A stretch of DNA of 64,000 bases from Spirochaetia bacterium (GTDB taxonomy: Bacteria; Spirochaetota; Spirochaetia; DSM-2461), in NCBI GenBank assembly GCA_963666985.2, contig CAXXIA010000002.1, forward strand, positions 96,001 through 160,000, given 5' to 3'. The translations under genes were made by a program, and so were the position numbers. Below, piece by piece: positions 9,847 to 19,759 of the stretch. The stretch's first letter is position 1; each line of letters begins with the position of its first letter. The notes under the pieces are model-generated. The model did no database searches, had not been told where the DNA came from, and was given only the letters and a program-made list of their open reading frames with translations.

Positions 9847-11370
9847 TCACCATGCCAGCCAGTCCCGCCGCTCATCGTTCCAATCGTTATGAAAGAACTC
9901 GCCGGATTTCGGATCGAACCGGTAATCCCGTCCCCAATCGGCGGCATTCGCAAGAGTCTTTGAAACGGCCTCCAGAACCGTTTCCAATTCCCAATCGGTC
10001 ATCGTGGGATGAAGCGACAGTCTCACCCAGCCGGGCTTATGCGTTAAATCGCCCTGACTGATTTCCTCGGTAATGGACGTGGAAAGTCCCCGGGTAACAT
10101 TCAAAAGATAATGACCGTAAGTACCGGCGCAGGAACATCCCCCGCGAACCTGGATTCCGAACCGATCGTTCAAAAGCCGCACCATCAAATTGTGATGAAC
10201 ACCCTCGGCATAAAACGACACAACACCGATACGTTCTTCCTCACCGTCGGCCAGGATATGGATTTGTTCAAAATCCCGAAGTCGGCCCATGGCGGCCGCC
10301 AGCAGTTCCTTCTCCCGCTTCGCTATGTTCTGTGTTCCCATCGCGTTCTTCAGCCGAACGCTCATCGCCGCGCGAATCGCTTGAAGGAATCCGGGAGTGC
10401 CGCCGTCCTCGCGCGCTTCAATATCCGTAACGTAGGAACGTTCGTTCCAGCGGTTGGTCCAGGCCACCGTTCCGCCGCCCGGATTATCGGGCACCCGGTT
10501 TCTGTAAAGCCTTTTATGGAAAACCACAACGCCCGAGCCGCCCGGACCGCCCAAAAACTTATGCGGAGAAAAATACACCGCATCCAGAGCGCCTTCGGGA
10601 TCACCTTCAGGATGCATATCGATATCGACATAAGGCGCCGAAGCGGCAAAATCCACGAAAGCCACACCGCCGCCGCGGTGCATGATGCGCGCAAGCTCCC
10701 TGTAATCGGGAATGATGCCGCTCACGTTGGAAGCCGCCGTGAACGCACCGATTTTCAGCTTTCTCTCGGCATATTTCTCCAGCTCGTCTTCCAGCAGGGC
10801 CGGTTCCACAAGATTGTTCCCGCCCGGAGGAATCACGATAACGTCGGCGATGGTTTCCAGCCAGGAAATGTGGTTGGAATGGTGCTCCATGTGCGTTACG
10901 AAAACCACGGGACGTTCTTTATCGTCCATTGCGCCGCCTCCGGCCTCTTCCCGCCGCCGGGGAAGTCCCAGTGAAAAATCCTGGCTTCGCTCGGGAACTC
11001 GGATTCCCATGATGCGCTGAAGCTTGTTCACCACGGCGGTCATGCCGAAACCGGCGGTGAGAATCACGTCCTCCGGACCGGCGTTCACATGTTTTTTCAG
11101 CTCCGAATGAGCCTGATGATAGGCCTCGGTCATGGCCCGGCCCGTGGTTGAAGATTCCGAATGAGTGTTGCCGACCATCGGTCCGACGGCTTTAAGCATG
11201 TGCTCTTCTATGGGTGTATAGAGACGGCCGGAGGCGATCCAATCCGCGTAAATCAGCGGCCGGAGGCCATAGGGCGTTTGAATCTCGGCGTTAATTCCAA
11301 TGATGCCGTTCCTGTATGGTTGAAAATAATCTTCCAGTGTACTCACTGCCTTTTTTCCTTTGGAAATCAT
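9847..11370 (-). CDS. Class V PLP-dependent aminotransferase / cysteine desulfurase-like
   Basis: YADWIASGR, MEHHSN, AASNVSG, SPHKFLGGPG (PLP Lys), RGGCSCAG. Confidence 0.9.
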   Translation of the reverse strand: MISKGKKAVSTLEDYFQPYRNGIIGINAEIQTPYGLRPLIYADWIASGRLYTPIEEHMLKAVGPMVGNTHSESSTTGRAMTEAYHQAHSELKKHVNAGPEDVILTAGFGMTAVVNKLQRIMGIRVPERSQDFSLGLPRRREEAGGGAMDDKERPVVFVTHMEHHSNHISWLETIADVIVIPPGGNNLVEPALLEDELEKYAERKLKIGAFTAASNVSGIIPDYRELARIMHRGGGVAFVDFAASAPYVDIDMHPEGDPEGALDAVYFSPHKFLGGPGGSGVVVFHKRLYRNRVPDNPGGGTVAWTNRWNERSYVTDIEAREDGGTPGFLQAIRAAMSVRLKNAMGTQNIAKREKELLAAAMGRLRDFEQIHILADGEEERIGVVSFYAEGVHHNLMVRLLNDRFGIQVRGGCSCAGTYGHYLLNVTRGLSTSITEEISQGDLTHKPGWVRLSLHPTMTDWELETVLEAVSKTLANAADWGRDYRFDPKSGEFFHNDWNDERRDWLAW

Positions 11371-11651
11371 CTCTTTATGGATGGCGGGTATTTTGATAAG
11401 AGCACTTTATGACGGTTGGCGCAATTCCGGAAGACCTTTGCGGATGTGTCCGCCGAAACCGACATTTTGGTAGTATTTTCAATATCAACCTTCAAAGATG
11501 TACGATAAATCATTTTCAAGCCCCGACAGAACTCCTTTCCCAACAAAAAATATGCTTTTGGCATAGTAAATGCTAAATCAATTATCAAAACGCAATAATC
11601 GTAAGAGTTCCTTGTTTCACAAACGGAACCCACAGCGAGAAGGAACATCAT

Positions 11652-12716
11652 GTGAACATTTCCATTCAGCCGTGCGGCACACCTCAGCAAAAACCGGATG
11701 AGAAAAATCTCGGTTTCGCCAAGACATTCTCGGACCATATGTTCCGAATGCAATACACCGAAGAGAAAGGATGGCATGATCATTCCATCGTTCCCTACGG
11801 TGATCTCCGCCTGGATCCGGCGTCCATGGTTCTCCACTATGCCCAGGAAGTTTTTGAAGGATTGAAGGCCTACCGCGGAAAGAACGGCAAGATTTTTCTG
11901 TTTCGCCCGGAAATGAACGCCCGAAGGATGAATGCCTCCAACCGCCGGATGTGCATGCCGGAAATTCCGGAAGAGATGTTTATCGAAGCGGTAAAGGCGC
12001 TGGTGGCTCATGATGCCGATTGGGTTCCGAGCGAACCTGAGACGTCCCTGTATATCCGGCCGTTCCTATTCGGCACCACAAAGACTCTGGCGGTGCACCC
12101 GGCCAAAGACTACACCTTTCTCATTATCACCACTCCGGTCGGCGCTTATTACGAATCCGGAGTCAATCCCGTGAAAATCTATGTGGAAGACACTTATGTG
12201 CGCGCCGTTGAAGGGGGAACCGGCTTTACCAAATGCGGCGGGAATTACGCGGCATCCCTGCTGGCTCAAAAAAAAGCGGAGGAAGCCGGTTTCGCCCAGG
12301 TGCTCTGGCTGGACGGTATTGAAAAGAAATACATCGAGGAAGTGGGAACCATGAACGTTATGTTCAAGGTGGATGATGAAATCATTACCGCTCCCGCCGG
12401 TGAATCCATCCTTCCCGGAGTAACGCGAGATTCCTGCATCACGATTCTTAAGGACTGGGGATACAAAGTTACCGAGCGCAAAATGCCCATTGACGAGCTG
12501 ATGGATCATGCCCGTTCAGGCAGACTGAAAGAAGTCTTCGGTACGGGAACCGCGGCCGTAATCTCTCCTGTCGGACTTCTTCGCTTCAAGGACGAGGAAG
12601 TAACCGTAAACAACTTTCAGAGCGGAGATCTCACGCTTCGGCTTTATAACCATCTGACCGGCATCCAATGGGAAAACATCGAAGATTCCTACGGCTGGAT
12701 GCGGGAAATCACCTGA
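11652..12716 (+). CDS. ilvE: Branched-chain amino acid aminotransferase
   Basis: LHYAQEVFEGLKAY, LYIRPF, KCGGNYA, EEVGTMN, ILPGVTR, GTGTAAVI; GTG start. Confidence 0.95.
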   Translation: MNISIQPCGTPQQKPDEKNLGFAKTFSDHMFRMQYTEEKGWHDHSIVPYGDLRLDPASMVLHYAQEVFEGLKAYRGKNGKIFLFRPEMNARRMNASNRRMCMPEIPEEMFIEAVKALVAHDADWVPSEPETSLYIRPFLFGTTKTLAVHPAKDYTFLIITTPVGAYYESGVNPVKIYVEDTYVRAVEGGTGFTKCGGNYAASLLAQKKAEEAGFAQVLWLDGIEKKYIEEVGTMNVMFKVDDEIITAPAGESILPGVTRDSCITILKDWGYKVTERKMPIDELMDHARSGRLKEVFGTGTAAVISPVGLLRFKDEEVTVNNFQSGDLTLRLYNHLTGIQWENIEDSYGWMREIT

Positions 12717-12779
12717 AAAAGCATTCAGCGCGGCGGCATGGCCGCCGGAAAACCATGTTCATAATTTTGGAGGGATATC

Positions 12780-13529
12780 ATGTCGTACGGGCTTTGGAAT
12801 CAATTAAAGGAACTGCAGTCACCGAAATACAAATGGGTGGATCTGACTCATGCCTTCGGTGCCGACACACCGCGCTGGCCGGGATTCAAACCTATGGATT
12901 ACACCATTCTTTTCGACCTGGACCAGGCGCCCATGAAAGTGCAGCAATTCACATTTCCCGGTCAGTACGGAACCCATGTGGATGCTCCGGGACATTTTCA
13001 TGCCGGAGGACGGCTTGTCGATGAAATCAAAGTGAATGAATTCATCTATCCGCTGTGCGTTATCGACGTGAGTAAAAAAGCCGAAGAAAATAATTCTTAC
13101 GCCCTGAGCGTGGAGGATATCAAGGAATTCGAAAAAGAATTCGGAACAATCCCCGAAGGATCGTTCGTGGCCATGCGGACCGACTGGTATAAGAGGTGGC
13201 CGAATCAGGATAAAGCTCAGAACTGGATAGCCGAAGGTCAGGCCTGCTATCCGGGCTGGAGCATGGAAGCCCTTGAGTTTCTCTTTGAAGAACGGAACGT
13301 TGGCGCGGTAGGCCATGAAGGGTTCGATACGGATCCTCCCACCTTGGAGAGTCAGGCGCCGTTTAAAGGCGAAGGCTATGTCCTTTCAAAGGATAAATTC
13401 CAGATTGAAGTGATGGCGAATCTTGATGCGGTTCCTCCGGTAGGCTCGGTGATTTTCTGCACCTTCCCCAAGGTGAAGGGTGCTACCGGTTTCCCGGCCC
13501 GCTGTTTCGCCGTGGCTCCCGCCGAATAA
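12780..13529 (+). CDS. Cyclase / kynurenine formamidase family metal-dependent hydrolase
   Basis: VDLTH, QYGTHVDAPGHF, GHEGFDTD, QIEVMANL, TGFPARCFA; GGAGG RBS. Confidence 0.9.
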   Translation: MSYGLWNQLKELQSPKYKWVDLTHAFGADTPRWPGFKPMDYTILFDLDQAPMKVQQFTFPGQYGTHVDAPGHFHAGGRLVDEIKVNEFIYPLCVIDVSKKAEENNSYALSVEDIKEFEKEFGTIPEGSFVAMRTDWYKRWPNQDKAQNWIAEGQACYPGWSMEALEFLFEERNVGAVGHEGFDTDPPTLESQAPFKGEGYVLSKDKFQIEVMANLDAVPPVGSVIFCTFPKVKGATGFPARCFAVAPAE

Positions 13530-13651
13530 AATATTCTAAACATCGATTGGGTAGCCCGGTCCGTTCCGGACTGGTAGTATGAAACTCATGCCGGTGATGA
13601 AAGCTCATATCGGCGCCGGCTTTTTATCAACGCATTTTTTTAGAGGACGCC

Positions 13652-14557
13652 ATGAACATCAATGACATTGCCGTTCTGGGTGCCGGAGCCATCGGCGCCT
13701 CGGTTATTCATCAATTAAGAAAATACAGCTCCACTTCAAACTTTAAAGGGAGCATATCCGTTATTGCCGAAGGAGAAAGAGCGGAGCGCTACAAACGCGA
13801 CGGTTTGAAAGTGAACGGTGAAATCCTGACTCCCCCCATTGTTTCGGAAGGGGATTTCGACCTGATTATCCTGGCGACGAAATCCTATCATCTGGATGCA
13901 GCCTTATCCCTTATGGATTCCTGTATCGGGGAAAAAACACTGCTGATGAGCTTGCTGAACGGCATCGCCAGCGAAGGAATCCTCGGTGAACGCTACGGGC
14001 ATGAGAGAGTTATCCCCGCAATGATTCTGGGTATCGACGCCCAAAATAATGAAAACGGGATTCATTACACCAACGACGGGGTGATTCATTACGGCCCCAA
14101 TCCGGTCTGTGAAAATCAGAAGCAGGCGGTTGAGGCCATCGACAGGTGGTTCATCGATTCGGGCCTTGCCTTCATAAAAAGCACCGATATAACCAAAACC
14201 CTCTGGCAAAAATTCATGATCAATGTCGGTGCCAATCAGGCTTCCGCCTATTATAAAGCGCCCTTTGGAGAACTGCAGAGAGATACAAAAGCCCGCAAGC
14301 TGATGCTTGATGCCATCAATGAAGTAATCGCTCTCTCACAGCTTGAAAAAACCGGACTGACTCGGGCCGACATTGACGATTGGGAAAAAATCCTTCAAAC
14401 ACTCAATCCCGAAAGCAAAACCTCCATGGCCCAGGATGCCACGGCCGGCAGAAAAACGGAGGTGGATCTCTTTGCCGGAACCGTCGTGGCCCTGGCGGAA
14501 AAACACGGACTGGAGGTTCCCGTAAACCGCATGCTTTTGGAAAAACTGGGAAATTAG
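13652..14557 (+). CDS. Ketopantoate reductase (PanE/ApbA) family 2-oxoacid reductase
   Basis: GAGAIG, ATKSY, LLNGI, LWQKFMIN, SMAQD, KTEVD. Confidence 0.9.
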   Translation: MNINDIAVLGAGAIGASVIHQLRKYSSTSNFKGSISVIAEGERAERYKRDGLKVNGEILTPPIVSEGDFDLIILATKSYHLDAALSLMDSCIGEKTLLMSLLNGIASEGILGERYGHERVIPAMILGIDAQNNENGIHYTNDGVIHYGPNPVCENQKQAVEAIDRWFIDSGLAFIKSTDITKTLWQKFMINVGANQASAYYKAPFGELQRDTKARKLMLDAINEVIALSQLEKTGLTRADIDDWEKILQTLNPESKTSMAQDATAGRKTEVDLFAGTVVALAEKHGLEVPVNRMLLEKLGN

Positions 14558-14711
14558 AAACTTTTTCCGTTCAAATCCTTTCAAAAACGGCAGGAACAAT
14601 CCGAACTCCATTTCGGTGAAGAAATATCTTGCCTCCCTTGGGAAACGGATTCCAAACGGATCAATCCGCTTCCCAACGAGTCTTTTTCGGAAGCTTCCGG
14701 CACGCGAAGAC

Positions 14712-14760
14712 TTGACATTTCAGTTCTATTTTACTACATATGAATATATGTTCATATGTA
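14712..14760 (+). promoter_or_regulatory. Sigma70 -35 plus SmtB/CzrA-type operator palindrome
   Basis: TTGACA at 14712-14717; perfect 10-bp inverted repeat TACATATGAA-tatatg-TTCATATGTA at 14735-14760 with the TGAA-N6-TTCA core. Confidence 0.85.
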
Positions 14761-14773
14761 CACGGGTAAAACG

Positions 14774-15127
14774 ATGACGGAACAAAACTGGTGCCGAATC
14801 AATTCGGAAACGGCCGATAAACTTCGAGAAGAGATGCCGATTGAAGAAGAAGTTCAAGATTTGGCCTCTTTATTCAAGGTTTTCGGCGATCCGACGCGAA
14901 TCCGCATCCTGAACATACTTCAGCATAAACCGCTCTGCGTTCACGATCTTTCCATACTGCTGGAGATGCAGCAGACCGCCGTTTCTCATCAGTTGAAAGT
15001 GCTGAGGCACAACCGGCTGGTTCGATTTTATAGGGAAGGAAAAATGGCGATCTACTCACTAAACGACGAGCATATTGAACGGCTGATGTCCATCGGCATC
15101 GAACATATTAAGGAAATCTATTCATGA
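14774..15127 (+). CDS. ArsR/SmtB metal-sensing repressor with alpha5 site
   Basis: LFKVFGDPTRIRIL, LCVHDL, AVSHQLKVLR, DEH-x10-H-x2-E. ATG 14774 is preferred because ATG 14756 lies inside the operator. Confidence 0.93.
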   Translation: MTEQNWCRINSETADKLREEMPIEEEVQDLASLFKVFGDPTRIRILNILQHKPLCVHDLSILLEMQQTAVSHQLKVLRHNRLVRFYREGKMAIYSLNDEHIERLMSIGIEHIKEIYS

Positions 15128-16407
15128 CGACATTTCTGACCGACCTCGGTCTTTCAACATTGAACCTCTTTGTAGAAATAGCGAAATATCTGATTTTAGG
15201 ACTCTCGGTCGCGGGGATTATGAGTGTTCTGATCAGCAAAGCCTTTGTGGCGCGCCATATCGGCAAAGATAATTTCGCATCCGTTTTAAAAGCCTCGCTG
15301 CTGGGAGTTCCCCTCCCCCTCTGTTCCTGCGGAGTGGTGCCCACCGCCGCTTATTTGCGCCGTTCCGGTGCTTCCCGCCCGGCGCTCATGGGGTTTCTCA
15401 TTTCCACGCCTCAAACAGGAATGGACAGCATTTTCGCCACATACGGCATGCTCGGACCTTTATTCGCGATTTTTCGTCCGCTTGCCGCCCTCTTAACGGG
15501 ACTTCTCGGCGGTGCGATATCGATGCTGGCCGGAGGTAAAGAATCCGAGGAAGGGAAACTCCGGGAAGAAAGCACGGAGGATCAGGAAACCCGAGGATTG
15601 CCGGAGAAAGTTCGCGCTGCCGTCACCTATGCATTCGGAGAAGCTGTGGACGACATCTCGGTGCATTTTCTGGTAGGACTCTTCATCGCCGGTCTCATTA
15701 CCGTTCTCATTCCGGACGATTTTTTCGCCGGACGCATGATCGGAAGCGGTCTGCCCGCCATGCTGCTGATGGTGGCTATCGGCATTCCGATGTATGTCTG
15801 CTCCACATCCAGCATTCCAATCGCCGTGGCTTTGATTGCCAAAGGAATCAGTCCCGGGGCGGCCTATGTTTTTCTGGTGGCCGGTCCTGCGACGAACGCG
15901 GCATCTCTTGCGATTTTGACGAAGGTGCTTGGAAAACGGCAGACGATTCTCTACGTGCTGAGCATTATCATCGGCAGTCTCATGTTCGGTCCGCTGATGG
16001 ATTTCATCATTCGCATCACGGGCGGAATGCCGCCTGTAATGAGTGCGCATATGCATTCGGCCGGATTCACATGGTTCGACTATACTCTGGCGGGCTTTCT
16101 GACCCTCCTGATTCTGATTTCATTAGCAAGGAGATTTATACACATGAACAAAACGAGAACCGACCGCGATGCTTCGCACCGGAATGCGGATGATTCCAGA
16201 GAGTTCACCATAGACGGGATGTCATGTCATCACTGCGCGGCCAATGTGGAAAGCGCGCTGAAAGAGATTCCGGGAATCAAGACCGTTCAGGTAGATCTTG
16301 AGGCCAAACGCGCCGTTCTTACCGGGGATGCGGAAGATGCGCTGATTCATCAGGCGATTCACAATGCCGGATATACGGTCGTAGAACACCCATCTTCGGG
16401 AAAATAG
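15124..16407 (+). CDS. DUF318/SO_0444-type metal efflux permease with C-terminal HMA domain
   Basis: GVPLPLCSCGVVP, FLISTPQTG, PMYVCSTSSIP, FLVAGPATN; C-terminal IDGMSCHHCAANVE. Confidence 0.9.
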   Translation: MTTFLTDLGLSTLNLFVEIAKYLILGLSVAGIMSVLISKAFVARHIGKDNFASVLKASLLGVPLPLCSCGVVPTAAYLRRSGASRPALMGFLISTPQTGMDSIFATYGMLGPLFAIFRPLAALLTGLLGGAISMLAGGKESEEGKLREESTEDQETRGLPEKVRAAVTYAFGEAVDDISVHFLVGLFIAGLITVLIPDDFFAGRMIGSGLPAMLLMVAIGIPMYVCSTSSIPIAVALIAKGISPGAAYVFLVAGPATNAASLAILTKVLGKRQTILYVLSIIIGSLMFGPLMDFIIRITGGMPPVMSAHMHSAGFTWFDYTLAGFLTLLILISLARRFIHMNKTRTDRDASHRNADDSREFTIDGMSCHHCAANVESALKEIPGIKTVQVDLEAKRAVLTGDAEDALIHQAIHNAGYTVVEHPSSGK

Positions 16408-16476
16408 CGGCGGTGATGCCAAGGACGCGGCGCCCAAACACTTTAATACGAGCCGGATTCCGCCGGACGCCGCATT

Positions 16477-17817
16477 TTACCGTCCCTGCCGTACTCCGCG
16501 GTAGGCCGCGAAATCGATCCAATCGATTGCAAGCGGAGAATCGGGCATTTCCCCTTTCCTGTATAAGAAACACTTGCCCGACTCCAGAACCTTATCAAGT
16601 ACATTCCAGGCAAGTTCCGTTTCCTGGGCACCGACATACAGGGTTCGATCACCGGCCAGAGCGTCGGTGAGAAGTCTTTGATAGGCGTCTTCCACCACCG
16701 GAGGGCCGAAAGCATCGGAAAGACTGAAATCCAAACGGCTCTGGGCGATGTCCCGATCGGTTCCCGGAACCTTCACCGTATAATCGATAATAATTCCCGT
16801 CGTGGGCTGAATCTGAAAAATAATCCGATTCGGGGATAAGCCGCCGGAAGCGTTATACAGCAGCTTGGGAAGATTTTTAAAGCGGATGCCGATTTCCGTT
16901 CCCTTTTCTCCCATGGCCTTCCCGGTTCTCACATAAATAGGAACGCCTTCCCACCGGAAATTCCGGATGCGCATTTCCATTTCCACAAAGGTCTCGGTTT
17001 TTGAATCCGGTGCCACATTGGGTTCCTTTCGGTAGCCTTCGTACTGTCCCCGGGCGAATCGGACAACTTCCAGTGCTTTGAGAACACTTGTCTTTTGAAT
17101 GCGGATTTCTTCCGGATCCAGACTTAAAGGGGCTTCCATGGTCATCAGCGCCAGCATCTGGATTAAATGATTCTGAACCATGTCCCTGATAACACCGGCC
17201 TCGTCGAAATACTCGCCCCGGCTCTCTACGCCCAGTACTTCGGATGCGTTAATCTGTATCGATTCGATATAACTGGAATTCCACGTCGGATAGAACAAAC
17301 TGTTCGCGAACCGAAAAACCAAGATGTTCTGTACCGCTTCCTTGGCCAGATAATGGTCGATGCGGAAAATCTTTTCTTCGGGGAAATTCTCGGCGAGGCG
17401 CCTGTTGAGTTCCAGGGCGCTCCGGGCGTCGTATCCGAAGGGCTTCTCCACGATTATTCGCGTTTCATCGCCGAAGCCTTCCTCCCGGAGAGCCGCGGCC
17501 GTGTCGGCATACACCTTCGGGGGAAGAGAGAAGAACACGATAATCGTCTTGAACTTCCCTAACGTATCCAGATAAGTACGCAGCCCTGTCATCCCGGTGT
17601 GATAATGAAGCAGCGGCGCGATCGAATCCGAAGCGCGGACATGCTTGCGAAATTCTTCGTCCGTGAATTCCCGGCGGCCGGATCCGACGATGAAACAGCC
17701 TTTCCCGATGTGACCGTTCTGTTTAAGGGAATCAAGCGCCGGAATCAGTTTACGGTGAGCCAGATCTCCCGAAGCGCCGAGGATGACAATGGCCGAATCC
17801 GTAACCGATGCTTTCAT
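16477..17817 (-). CDS. zwf: Glucose-6-phosphate 1-dehydrogenase
   Basis: GASGDLA, EKPFG, RIDHYLAKE, RDMVQNH, RWEGVPIYVRTGK. Confidence 0.95.
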   Translation of the reverse strand: MKASVTDSAIVILGASGDLAHRKLIPALDSLKQNGHIGKGCFIVGSGRREFTDEEFRKHVRASDSIAPLLHYHTGMTGLRTYLDTLGKFKTIIVFFSLPPKVYADTAAALREEGFGDETRIIVEKPFGYDARSALELNRRLAENFPEEKIFRIDHYLAKEAVQNILVFRFANSLFYPTWNSSYIESIQINASEVLGVESRGEYFDEAGVIRDMVQNHLIQMLALMTMEAPLSLDPEEIRIQKTSVLKALEVVRFARGQYEGYRKEPNVAPDSKTETFVEMEMRIRNFRWEGVPIYVRTGKAMGEKGTEIGIRFKNLPKLLYNASGGLSPNRIIFQIQPTTGIIIDYTVKVPGTDRDIAQSRLDFSLSDAFGPPVVEDAYQRLLTDALAGDRTLYVGAQETELAWNVLDKVLESGKCFLYRKGEMPDSPLAIDWIDFAAYRGVRQGR

Positions 17818-18100
17818 GAACACTCCCTAAGGCAGCACGGAATCCGGCGGCCCGACCGATAAGGTGAATTATAAGATCAGATTTTTTCCTGTTTGTGACA
17901 AGTGCCGTCTAAATTAAGTGTGTTTACCATAACCGGCCGCCGCCCGATTTCAAGGTGCAATTCCCGCAATATTCCCTATCGCCGGGTACCGCGGAGTCTG
18001 TCTGCATCAGGCATATGCCGAACCGGCGATGGGACCGCCGGCTCTTTTACCGTAAAAAAGGCACCCTGCCTTACCGGTTCACTCAGGCGGACAATGAAAT

Positions 18101-19456
18101 TTACTTTCGAATCAAAAAACGGCCGCGGCCCCGGGTTCCCGTAAATTCCTCTTCCTGAATGATGATTTCTCCCCGGCTGAGGGTGTAAAGGGGCCATCCT
18201 TTCACAGAAAGTCCGTCATAGGGTGTCCAGTCGGCCGCTTCATGGAGGGTTTCCGCCGATAAGATTTTTTCTTTCTCAGGATCAAAAATAACGATATCCG
18301 CATCGTATCCGGGAAGCAGCCGGCCTTTGTTTTTCATTCCGTAGAGGGCGGCCGGTGCGGTGCAGCACATGTCGACCCAATGGTTCTCCGTAATGATTCC
18401 GGCGGACACGCCGCCGGAGAAGAGGGAGGCAAATCGCATTTCGATGGAAGGCACCCCCCCGGGGATGGAATTATAGGCTCCCATTCCCTGCTTTTTCTCA
18501 TCAACGGTAAAGGGGCAGTGGTCCGTTGATATGGTTTGGAAAAAACCTTGGGAAAGCAGATTCCACATGCCTTTCCGGGATTCTTCACTTCGAAGGGGCG
18601 GTGAACAGACAGGGAGAGCTCCGAGAACGCCTTCCCGGTCGTACAAATCATGATTCAAAAAAAGATATTGCGGGCAGGTTTCCGCCGTAACCCTTTTGCC
18701 CCGGAATCGGGCTTGGGAGATAACTTTTGCCGCCGCGGGGCAGGAGACATGAAAAATGTGCAGGGGAACTTTTGCAAAGTCGGCAATCGTAATGATTCGT
18801 TCCGCCGCTTCGGCTTCGAAAATCTCCGGACGACTTCGCGGATGCCAGTGGGGGGAGGTTCGTCCATTGGCCAGATTGTCCTGAATGAGGGATGTAATCA
18901 GGTCCCAGTTCTCCGCGTGAACCACCGCCAGGCCACCGGTTTCCCCGATGCATTTCAGGCTGTTGTAAAGTTCTCCATCGGTCAGGCGAAGGCCGTATGC
19001 CATGTAGAGTTTGAAGCTCTGACAGCCGGCATCGTAGGCCTTGGGAATTTGGACTTCAAGATTCCGATCGTGAGGGGATACGGTCATATGCAGGCCGTAA
19101 TCGATGACGGAGCGTTCGGCGGCGGCGCTTTTTCTTTTCTCAAGTCCGTCCGTCATCGTTTCGTGTTCTTCGGTTTCGACAAAATCGATGATGGATGTGG
19201 TTCCCCCAAAGGCCGCGGCGACGGTTCCGGTGTAAAAATCATCGGTTGAGACATAGTCCCCAATAGGCATTTCCAAATGCAGATGGGTATCTACGGCTCC
19301 CGGGGTAACCAGTTTCCCTTCCGCGTTGATTTCCCGATTCCCCTCCAGGGAGGTTCCCACAGCCGCAATCAAACCGTCCCGTATGGCCAAATCCGCATAG
19401 TAGGATTCCGCCGATGTAACGATTTTTCCGTTTTTTATAACCAAGTCATATTTCAT
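18101..19456 (-). CDS. hydA: Dihydropyrimidinase / D-hydantoinase
   Basis: PGAVDTHLHL, GGTTSIIDF, SFKLYMAY, VHAEN, HSRP-like PRSRP, ETCPQYL, CSPPLR, STDHCPF. Confidence 0.9.
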   Translation of the reverse strand: MKYDLVIKNGKIVTSAESYYADLAIRDGLIAAVGTSLEGNREINAEGKLVTPGAVDTHLHLEMPIGDYVSTDDFYTGTVAAAFGGTTSIIDFVETEEHETMTDGLEKRKSAAAERSVIDYGLHMTVSPHDRNLEVQIPKAYDAGCQSFKLYMAYGLRLTDGELYNSLKCIGETGGLAVVHAENWDLITSLIQDNLANGRTSPHWHPRSRPEIFEAEAAERIITIADFAKVPLHIFHVSCPAAAKVISQARFRGKRVTAETCPQYLFLNHDLYDREGVLGALPVCSPPLRSEESRKGMWNLLSQGFFQTISTDHCPFTVDEKKQGMGAYNSIPGGVPSIEMRFASLFSGGVSAGIITENHWVDMCCTAPAALYGMKNKGRLLPGYDADIVIFDPEKEKILSAETLHEAADWTPYDGLSVKGWPLYTLSRGEIIIQEEEFTGTRGRGRFLIRK

Positions 19457-19759
19457 CTTTTTGCCCGCTTTGATTCAAAGAAGTAGGGAAATAGGATCTT
19501 TCCACTCTTAATTAATACATCGGAGCTTCGGAGAACTGCAAGAAAATAGAAAGGAGAAGATGATGCCGTCCCGGACTCCCGATGCTTGGAAACGGCCTAT
19601 GAGTCCAAGGAAGCGCTTGCCGTTCTCCTTGTTACACGGCAGCGCCGGGAAGGGTGCGATCCAGCCTTTCGGCCCGAAACGGGACGAAAGACCGAAGCGA
19701 AGCAAAAAGGCGTACACGGCGCCGGAGCCCAAGGAGCCGGGCCGCCCGATGAATACCGA

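Noticed and set aside
11367..12011. 214-aa minus-strand ORF and the many other long antisense ORFs (e.g. 1492-2334, 23837-25003, 37817-38860, 51556-52626)
   Set aside because: They are shadows of well-supported genes on the opposite strand and carry no motifs.
19666..19705. c-di-GMP-I riboswitch-like ccGAAAcggGACGAAAG
   Set aside because: It lacks the GGCAAA and GACGCAAA elements and points toward a convergent gene end.
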